A DNA stretch of 64,000 bases from Bacteroidota bacterium (GTDB lineage Bacteria > Bacteroidota > Bacteroidia > Bacteroidales > VadinHA17), in assembly GCA_029547705.1 (NCBI GenBank), contig JAKPOU010000023.1, positions 5,408 to 69,407 of the forward strand, given 5' to 3'. The translations under genes and the position numbers were made by a program. The notes beneath the pieces are model-generated. The model searched no databases. It saw only the letters and a list, made by a program, of their open reading frames with translations, and was not told the DNA's origin. Shown in pieces: positions 57,642 through 64,000 of the stretch (the stretch's first letter is position 1; every line of letters starts with the position of its first letter).

Positions 57642-59129
57642 TCAGTAACCGAACCTGTAGCCTAAAGTAAGAGTAAACATATTCCTGCCAATGCTCATAT
57701 GTGATATTGCATCCCCGGCGGAACTCTGGAAAAGAATGTACTTCTGTGAGTTGATCATCCGGGAAAAAGCCAGGTCCACAAATATATTCTGCTCCCGGAA
57801 ACCTGTTCCCACGGAGAATATCTGGTAATCAAGCGCCCTGTTTATATCGTTCTGCGAAAATGCCTTGCCGTAATATCCGTATCCGCCTCTGAAGTAAAGG
57901 TGATTGTATCTCATTTCAGCACCCAGACGGATATTGTTTGAACGCCGCAGATTTTTTCCTATTGCCTCATTCTTCTGACTGTAATCGTATCCGTCACCGG
58001 TTTCGGAAAATTTTGAGGAAGAATAATCAACAAGTTCATAATCGGCACTTACCAATCCGATCTTGCCTATCTGCAATGCCACACCTGCAAGGAATCTGAC
58101 CGGTGTTGTAAGGGCATAGCTGTACCTGGAGGGGTCATTCTTGAAATCAAACTTATCCCCGTCAAGGTATGCCGATGTTATATTGTCGTGTATGTATTCA
58201 TTTATCCTGTACAATGTAGGGGTATGTATGCCCAGTCCTATACGGAGCATTTCGACAGGCTTTAAAATCACACCAAGTTTTGCCGAAAAACCCCGGCCGC
58301 TGTTTTCATAATGAAGGGCATAGTTGAAATTATCCAGCCCGTAGGGAGCTATGTTCCCTGTGGTTTCAAGATGTTCATAATGGCTGATGTAGTTTATGGT
58401 GGAAACACCGAAAGTCAGTCCGAAATATAACCTGTTTGAATAGTTGCCTCCTATGGAAAATGAATGATCCGAAGTGCTTCCTTCGTCTGAGATCAGTCTT
58501 CTTACTGTCTGTCCGTAATCCGCCACGTCACTCTCGCCGTAATATTCGAAAATTGAACCGTATTCTCTTGAATATCCGGGCAGGGTGTCTATCAGACCTG
58601 CCCAGTAGGCCAGATCTGCATCAGCGGCGTATTTATAAAGCTCCTTCTTGAACAGACCGGTACTGATATCTGCCCAGTAGTCAGCCATGGAACCCCTGTT
58701 GCTTATTCCCCTGATAAGCCCGTTCTGGTTCAGGTTGCTTTTCATGGAGTATGTATATCCGAAATTTAGGCTGACAAGACCTGATTCGGCATTTTTTCTG
58801 ATGAGGTTCACAACCAGCCCGGCCTGATTGAGATTGAAATTATAAAGAAAGTCTGAAGTGAGGCCGTTGAAATCGGAAGTGCTTTTTATATGATATAATT
58901 GTGGAGTAACGGAAATCTCCGATGAACGGAACAGTCCGATTCCGGCAGGGTTCTGGCCCAGTGTCGAGATATCACCGCCAAGGGCGGTAAAAGCGCCTCC
59001 CATTGACAGGAATCTTGCGGTTCCGCCATAAAAAACCCGGGAGTATCTTAAGGCATCATCAAAGTTCTGTGCATGAAGCACGGCTGTTGAAGACAGAATA
59101 ATGATTAGTATCAGTCTGAACTTTTTCAT
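57642..59129 (-). CDS. FadL/PorV-like outer-membrane beta-barrel protein
   Basis: Signal peptide (SSTAVLHAQ). The N-terminal motif GGTARFLSMGGAFTALGGDISTLGQNPAG is typical of the FadL/OmpP1/PorV-like superfamily. C-terminal aromatic residue (GYRFGY). Confidence 0.55.
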   Translation of the reverse strand: MKKFRLILIIILSSTAVLHAQNFDDALRYSRVFYGGTARFLSMGGAFTALGGDISTLGQNPAGIGLFRSSEISVTPQLYHIKSTSDFNGLTSDFLYNFNLNQAGLVVNLIRKNAESGLVSLNFGYTYSMKSNLNQNGLIRGISNRGSMADYWADISTGLFKKELYKYAADADLAYWAGLIDTLPGYSREYGSIFEYYGESDVADYGQTVRRLISDEGSTSDHSFSIGGNYSNRLYFGLTFGVSTINYISHYEHLETTGNIAPYGLDNFNYALHYENSGRGFSAKLGVILKPVEMLRIGLGIHTPTLYRINEYIHDNITSAYLDGDKFDFKNDPSRYSYALTTPVRFLAGVALQIGKIGLVSADYELVDYSSSKFSETGDGYDYSQKNEAIGKNLRRSNNIRLGAEMRYNHLYFRGGYGYYGKAFSQNDINRALDYQIFSVGTGFREQNIFVDLAFSRMINSQKYILFQSSAGDAISHMSIGRNMFTLTLGYRFGY

Positions 59130-59246
59130 GTGTACATTAATTGGTTTAACAGTTCACATGGCATGCCGCCTCCCATAGCGGGAGAGCCCGCATGTTCATC
59201 AATTACAACAATGAAACAACAAGGCAATCTGATGTTGCTGTCAGTT

Positions 59247-60518
59247 CTATCTTCTTCCCCCTGAGGATGAACCGCTTGAAGACCGTGATACAGAGCTGCT
59301 GCCCGACGAGGAGGAACTGCCGCCTGATGAAAAGCCGCTGCTGCCGCCGCTGCCGCCAGAATAGGATCTGCCCATGGAAGATGATGAAGAACTTCCTGAT
59401 GAAAAGCTGCTGGACGGAGACCGGGTGACTGATGTTCCGGTGTATCCTGACCCGCTTTCAATGCTTCTCCGGGTTTCGGGATATAATGAACGCTGTGTTC
59501 CGCTACTGCTGTTTATTATTCTGCTGTTATTGTACGAAGGCCTGGTACTGGTCCTGGGATTAGTGTAACTGGGGGTATATGACCTGTTTACACTGTTATA
59601 TTCCGGCCTTGCCGCATTCGTGCTCCTGATTGTTGCCGGCGACCTGTCACCTGATACGGCATTTTGCCTTACCGCACTCTGGGCGGATCTCACGTCGGAA
59701 GCTCCGGCAGCATCCCTGTTCACAGCCGTTGCGGCGGATCTTCTCGAAGCCGGCATAGCGGATGTGCCTGCTGCCTGTCTGACTGATGCATCACTTCCGG
59801 CAGAAACAAGCCCCTCCCTTCTGGCGGAAGGTGTGGTGGAAGGCGTAAGCTCCCTGTTGTAATTTGTGGATAAGGTACTCTGACGTTCCCTCCTTCCGTA
59901 GCTCACAGAGCTGTAATAATCCTTGTAGCCGTAACCGTAGCCGTATCCGCCATACCACGGTGAGTAATAATACGGACTGTAATAGGGATAATGATATGAA
60001 CCGAAATACCTGCCGTAATAGCCTCCGTAATATCCTGAATAACTGTAAAAGGGGTCATAGTAGAAGGGGTCATAGTAAAACGGACTGTAATAGAATGGCC
60101 TTCCGAACGACAGACTCAGCGAGGGATAACCCAGGCCATAGTAGAACGGGTCCCTCCAGTAAGGATAGAAATAATTTCCGTAAAACCTGTTAAGTCTTCC
60201 GGCATACGAGTAATCGTCAATATAATAGTTATATACATTGCCTCCTCCCTGGCTGACTATGGCGTCATTATAGTCAATAGCATCATAATATTCATCAGAC
60301 ACAAGGGTATCGGCTGCATAAATATTATCCCAGTATTCTTCAGACCTCAGGGTGCTCTCAACCATCTTTTTCTTGCCCTGGGTACGCGCCACGGCTGCAT
60401 ACTGCTGATCCGAAGGAATATAGTAAAGATCATCGTATTCCGCCATAGTATGGAGCCTTGTTGTACAGGATCCAAGGACAAGAAGAAGAACGATTCCGAT
60501 GTTTGTAAAGACTTTCAT
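59247..60518 (-). CDS. Low-complexity Tyr/Gly/Ser-rich putative lipoprotein
   Basis: Lipoprotein-type leader (LLLVLGSC). A Tyr-rich core has PFYY repeats and YGGYGYGYGY, followed by a basic Ser/Ala/Arg/Thr region and a poly-Ser/Gly tail. It is on the same strand as the OMP gene and 117 nt upstream of it. The reading-frame call is less secure than usual because the biased composition keeps other frames open. Confidence 0.6.
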   Translation of the reverse strand: MKVFTNIGIVLLLVLGSCTTRLHTMAEYDDLYYIPSDQQYAAVARTQGKKKMVESTLRSEEYWDNIYAADTLVSDEYYDAIDYNDAIVSQGGGNVYNYYIDDYSYAGRLNRFYGNYFYPYWRDPFYYGLGYPSLSLSFGRPFYYSPFYYDPFYYDPFYSYSGYYGGYYGRYFGSYHYPYYSPYYYSPWYGGYGYGYGYKDYYSSVSYGRRERQSTLSTNYNRELTPSTTPSARREGLVSAGSDASVRQAAGTSAMPASRRSAATAVNRDAAGASDVRSAQSAVRQNAVSGDRSPATIRSTNAARPEYNSVNRSYTPSYTNPRTSTRPSYNNSRIINSSSGTQRSLYPETRRSIESGSGYTGTSVTRSPSSSFSSGSSSSSSMGRSYSGGSGGSSGFSSGGSSSSSGSSSVSRSSSGSSSGGRR

Positions 60519-60858
60519 GTTTTATTCCTCATTTAGTTTTTAATATTCAAGCAAATATTATACCAAATTTGTTTTTTCTGAATACTATCTTGGTGAATGA
60601 TCAAAGATAGAAAAAAACTCCGGATTTTGATTTCATACCGAACCTTTTCGTTTTTTGACAAGAACTCAAGTTTTTATCTATTTTTACGGTCTCTTGTTTT
60701 TTATGCCGGAAAACGGCCTTACAGGATGATTAAGATGGTTCAGCGGGCGGAAGTGATGAGATTGCAAGAAGAAGGAACCAGGCGGAGTGGCGGATATGAC
60801 AAGGGAAAACGGCAGAAATAACAAGGCAATAAGGAAAAATAAAATATTTTAGTTAAAG

Positions 60859-62334
60859 ATGGCAAAGTATTTAACCAACAGGGACGAGAATTATGCACAA
60901 TGGTATAACGATCTGGTTATCAAAGCAGATCTTGCAGAACATTCAGCTGTGAGAGGCTGTATGGTGATCAAGCCTTACGGCTATGCGATCTGGGAGAAGA
61001 TACAGGCTCAGCTTGACAAAATGTTCAAGGCAACCGGACATGTGAATGCATATTTCCCTCTTTTTATTCCGAAATCCTTTTTCAGCAGGGAAGCCGAACA
61101 TGTTGAGGGATTTGCAAAGGAATGTGCAATTGTTACCCATTACCGGCTGAAGAATGATGAATCAGGAGGAGGAGTAATGATTGACCCCTCGGCAAAACTT
61201 GAAGAGGAACTGATCATACGCCCGACTTCGGAGACAATAATCTGGAATTCCTACAAAAACTGGATCCGCTCCTACAGGGATCTGCCCCTTCTTATCAATC
61301 AGTGGGCAAATGTTGTAAGGTGGGAAATGAGGACAAGGCTGTTTCTCAGGACTGCCGAGTTCCTGTGGCAGGAGGGACATACGGCCCATGCCACAAGGGA
61401 AGAGGCTGTTGAAGAGACAGAAAAAATGATAAATGTATATGCCGATTTTGTGGAAAATTACATGGCTCTGCCGGTTGTAAAGGGTTATAAAACCGAAAGT
61501 GAACGTTTTGCCGGAGCAGTCGACACCCTGGCAATTGAAGCGCTCATGCAGGATGGCAAGGGTCTGCAGGTGGGAACAAGTCATTTCCTGGGCCAGAATT
61601 TCGCCAGAGCTTTTGATGTCCAGTTCACTGACAGAAACGGGAAACTCGATTATGTATGGGCAACATCCTGGGGTGTGTCCACACGGACCATAGGAGCCCT
61701 GATAATGGCTCATTCCGATAATCACGGGCTGGTTCTGCCACCACGGCTGGCACCCCTTCAGGCAGTGATCATTCCGATATATAAAAACCGGGAACAGTTG
61801 CAGCTTATAAGCTCTGTTGCCCTGAAAATCAAATCCGGACTGGAAGAGAAAGGGATATCGGTAAAATATGATGACCGCGACACGAACAAGCCCGGCTGGA
61901 AGTTTGCGGATTATGAACTGAAGGGGGTTCCTGTCAGAATAGCCGTTGGTCCGCGGGACATTGAAAACAACACCCTGGAAATCTTCAGAAGGGATACCCT
62001 GGAGAAAGAGACAATTCCGGCAGCCGGAATTACGGACCACGTAAAAAAGCTGCTTGATGATATTCAGGCAAATATTTTCAGAAAGGCCGGCCTCTTCAAG
62101 AATGACAATACATACTATCTTGACAGCTGGGATGACTTTGTTGACATCACCGAAACCAGGGGGGGCTTCATCATGGCCCACTGGGACGGAAGCCCGGAAA
62201 CTGAGGCAAGGATCAAGGAAGAGACGAAAGCCACGATAAGGTGTATCCCCTTCGACTCCCCTGAAGAGGAAGGCAGGTGCATCTACAGCGGAAAACCTTC
62301 GGTGAGAAGGGTTCTGTTCGCCAGATCATACTGA
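60859..62334 (+). CDS. proS: Proline-tRNA ligase (archaeal/eukaryote-like type without INS editing domain)
   Basis: 491 aa. Class II motifs ([36 protein letters not shown]), an anticodon-binding domain, and a C-terminal ProRS-C domain ending FARSY. Confidence 0.93.
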   Translation: MAKYLTNRDENYAQWYNDLVIKADLAEHSAVRGCMVIKPYGYAIWEKIQAQLDKMFKATGHVNAYFPLFIPKSFFSREAEHVEGFAKECAIVTHYRLKNDESGGGVMIDPSAKLEEELIIRPTSETIIWNSYKNWIRSYRDLPLLINQWANVVRWEMRTRLFLRTAEFLWQEGHTAHATREEAVEETEKMINVYADFVENYMALPVVKGYKTESERFAGAVDTLAIEALMQDGKGLQVGTSHFLGQNFARAFDVQFTDRNGKLDYVWATSWGVSTRTIGALIMAHSDNHGLVLPPRLAPLQAVIIPIYKNREQLQLISSVALKIKSGLEEKGISVKYDDRDTNKPGWKFADYELKGVPVRIAVGPRDIENNTLEIFRRDTLEKETIPAAGITDHVKKLLDDIQANIFRKAGLFKNDNTYYLDSWDDFVDITETRGGFIMAHWDGSPETEARIKEETKATIRCIPFDSPEEEGRCIYSGKPSVRRVLFARSY

Positions 62335-62432
62335 TTCCGGACAGGAGCCACACTGAGTACCGTATTCCGGATATTGCCGGATCTGGGCATTTATTATTAA
62401 ATTAGGAGTGCTAATCTGATTAATTTTTCATT

Positions 62433-63143
62433 ATGACTCAGCTAAGTGAAAAAAAGGAGGCAATAGTTACCAGCCTGAAAGAAAAATCGGTACTTAAGCA
62501 GAAAGTGTATGACAAAACCCTGGAAGCCTTCTGTAACATGAAGGAGATATTAAGGAATTTTGCAAGGGAGGGAAACGGCAGGCTTGGCAGTATCGATCCG
62601 AGAGTAAGACTGGAATTCACTGACAGGAGTAAATTTGATGCCCAGCTTAAAGTAGCCGGCGACATGCTTTTTTTCAGCATGCATTCAAATATTTTCCAGT
62701 TCGACAGGGAACATCCTGCATGGAGAACTCCCTACATACAAAAGAACAGGTACAATGCCTATTCAGGGATAATAAGTATTTACAACTTTCTCTTTGATTC
62801 CTTCAGGTATTCACGTTTTGACGATCTCGGATACCTGATTGCACGAATCTTTGTAAATCATGAAAACCAGTATTTCGTTGAAGGAAAACGGCAGATGGGA
62901 ATGTTGTTTTCAAATTACGGCAATGAGGAATTAAGCCATGAAGCCCTTGAGAATGTAATCGCAACCGCGGTTCAGTATTCCCTGGAATTCGACCTGCTGG
63001 TTCCGCCCTATGATACAGTCAAGATAGCCACTGTAGGACAGCTTGAAGCCAAAATTCAGCATTCCAGGGTGATTACGGGAAAACGGCTGGGATTTCAGTT
63101 CAACTCTGACGACGTGCTCATTACCGAGGCTCATTCAAAGTGA
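62433..63143 (+). CDS. Hypothetical protein (no recognisable motif)
   Basis: 236-aa ORF with an ATG start and ordinary composition. The next ORF begins 1 nt after its stop. Confidence 0.55.
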   Translation: MTQLSEKKEAIVTSLKEKSVLKQKVYDKTLEAFCNMKEILRNFAREGNGRLGSIDPRVRLEFTDRSKFDAQLKVAGDMLFFSMHSNIFQFDREHPAWRTPYIQKNRYNAYSGIISIYNFLFDSFRYSRFDDLGYLIARIFVNHENQYFVEGKRQMGMLFSNYGNEELSHEALENVIATAVQYSLEFDLLVPPYDTVKIATVGQLEAKIQHSRVITGKRLGFQFNSDDVLITEAHSK

Positions 63144-63144
63144 T

Positions 63145-64000
63145 GTGGAAATCGACCTGAAATATACGTGTAAGGCAGGCCCCCTGATCATTCTGACCCT
63201 GCTGTTTTTTCATTCCGGCCTCCATTCACAAAAGCCTCCTGAAAATGACACTATATTTCAAAGCATACCGGGCAACCATATTAAAACACCGGATCCCCGG
63301 CTTTTTTCCGATGCAGGCTGGCCGGTAACAGTCCCGCAAAAACTTATCCCTCCCACATTCCGGGACAACGACAGAAGTTTTTTTACCGACACCCTGAGGG
63401 CGAAAGCTTCAAAATACCTGATAACAAAAAAACTCTTTGATTTTGTGGTCGTTTCAGGTAAACCCGCTTCTGCCGCTTCAGCCGAAGGCTCAAGCCAGAA
63501 CGACTATCTCCGCTATTCCGGCAGAATAATAAGGAAAATAGACATTAAAAGACTTGATGTATTCGGTACCAGCATAGATTATTCATTGATAAGCAACTCC
63601 GGCAGGCTTGAGAACTTCCTCAACAAAACCCATACAAACACGGCGGAACATATAATCAGGAAAAATCTTCTTTTCAGCGAGGGTGATACTCTTTCACCTC
63701 TTCTGCTCAGTGATAACGAGAGGATACTCAGGCAGCTGCCCTATATTGATGATTCAAGGATAATTGTCGTATCCGAAACTGACGGCTTTGTGGATATCCT
63801 CGTACTTACAAAAGACGTGTATTCACTTGGGGCTTCAGCAGAATTCAGGTCTGCCACCAGGGGAAGTGCAAGCCTGTATGAGAAGAATATATTCGGACTC
63901 GGCCATGAATTCAGACTGAAGGTACCATTTGACCAGGATTCGGCCGGATCGCCCGGAATCGGCATGAACTATAATATCAACAATATTTCAAAATCCTTCA
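63145..64000 (+). CDS. Omp85/BamA-family-like outer-membrane protein, N-terminal part (3' end outside the window)
   Basis: Absent from the ORF track because it has no stop in the window. The hand-read frame is open from GTG 63145 to the window end. It has a hydrophobic leader (GPLIILTLLFFHSGLHS). A POTRA-like segment follows (IIRKIDIKRLDVFGTS...IIRKNLLFSEGDTLSPLLLSDNERILRQLPYIDDSRIIVVSETDGFVDILVLTKD). Confidence 0.5.
   Translation, partial: MEIDLKYTCKAGPLIILTLLFFHSGLHSQKPPENDTIFQSIPGNHIKTPDPRLFSDAGWPVTVPQKLIPPTFRDNDRSFFTDTLRAKASKYLITKKLFDFVVVSGKPASAASAEGSSQNDYLRYSGRIIRKIDIKRLDVFGTSIDYSLISNSGRLENFLNKTHTNTAEHIIRKNLLFSEGDTLSPLLLSDNERILRQLPYIDDSRIIVVSETDGFVDILVLTKDVYSLGASAEFRSATRGSASLYEKNIFGLGHEFRLKVPFDQDSAGSPGIGMNYNINNISKSF

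Noticed and set aside
59126-59461. 111-aa alternative-frame ORF ending in an ATGA overlap with the OMP start (possible frameshifted extension of the Tyr/Ser-rich protein)
   Set aside because: The Ser/Gly/Ala-rich coding keeps several frames open. The translation (poly-Ala, then unstructured sequence) is unconvincing, and one ATGA junction can arise by chance. It is worth re-checking only if read data show an indel in the repeat.
60597-60821. 74-aa upstream ORF or possible leader peptide / structured leader in the 340-bp region before proS
   Set aside because: The start is a TTG. The internal 31-aa ATG peptide has no Pro codons, as a proline-sensing leader would require. I could find no convincing terminator/antiterminator pair, and T-box leaders are not expected in this phylum.
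61162-62181. 339-aa ORF antisense to proS
   Set aside because: It lies entirely inside the strongly supported ProRS gene. The translation has no recognisable domain and an odd composition (many Cys/Phe/Pro).
1-64000. Mobile elements, prophage, defence islands, and rRNA/tRNA genes
   Set aside because: I saw no transposase, integrase, phage-structural, restriction-modification, toxin-antitoxin or cas-like translation in any listed ORF. No T-loop/GTTCGA-type tRNA signature appears in any intergenic gap over 70 bp. Composition looks uniform by eye. This is a visual assessment only and should be confirmed with tRNA, rRNA and mobile-element scanners.

Overview
The window reads as one contiguous chromosomal segment of an anaerobic Bacteroidota (Bacteroidales-like) genome. 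This taxonomic call is an inference from four things: a T9SS type-B C-terminal sorting domain, several TAnnTTTG '-7' promoter boxes, a ~490-aa archaeal-type ProRS, and an RseC-RnfBCDGEA cluster. Coding density is high (about 55 CDS) and mostly housekeeping. DNA repair and nucleotide metabolism: recQ, recG, guaB, purA, glyA. Envelope biogenesis: a PpiC/SurA-type chaperone cluster with an OstA-like gene, tamB, exbB-exbD-tonB, and a partial Omp85-like gene. Energy metabolism: the full rnf operon. Translation and stress: tsaD, proS, RelA/SpoT, a Fur-family regulator. By eye I found no rRNA, tRNA, CRISPR array, transposase, integrase, prophage or recognisable defence genes. The least ordinary part is the divergent locus at 50.7-57.6 kb. 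On one side is an operon of a Tat-exported DUF362 protein, a NapH/NapG-like membrane polyferredoxin, a VOC-type epimerase and a rubredoxin (too short for the ORF track). On the other side is a complete larC-larE-larB nickel-pincer-cofactor operon plus a WbqC-family gene, with no LarA client anywhere in the window. Other points worth a second look are an extremely Tyr/Gly/Ser-rich lipoprotein paired with a FadL/PorV-like outer-membrane barrel (57.6-60.5 kb), an 18-bp tandem repeat array abutting an orphan DUF1987/SiaC-like gene (26.7 kb), a lemA-DUF2207 pair, a 13-bp inverted repeat enclosing 76 nt between convergent genes (6.15 kb), and a Fur-box-like site next to the fur-family gene. All family assignments come from motif recognition in the supplied translations. 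No database search was run.
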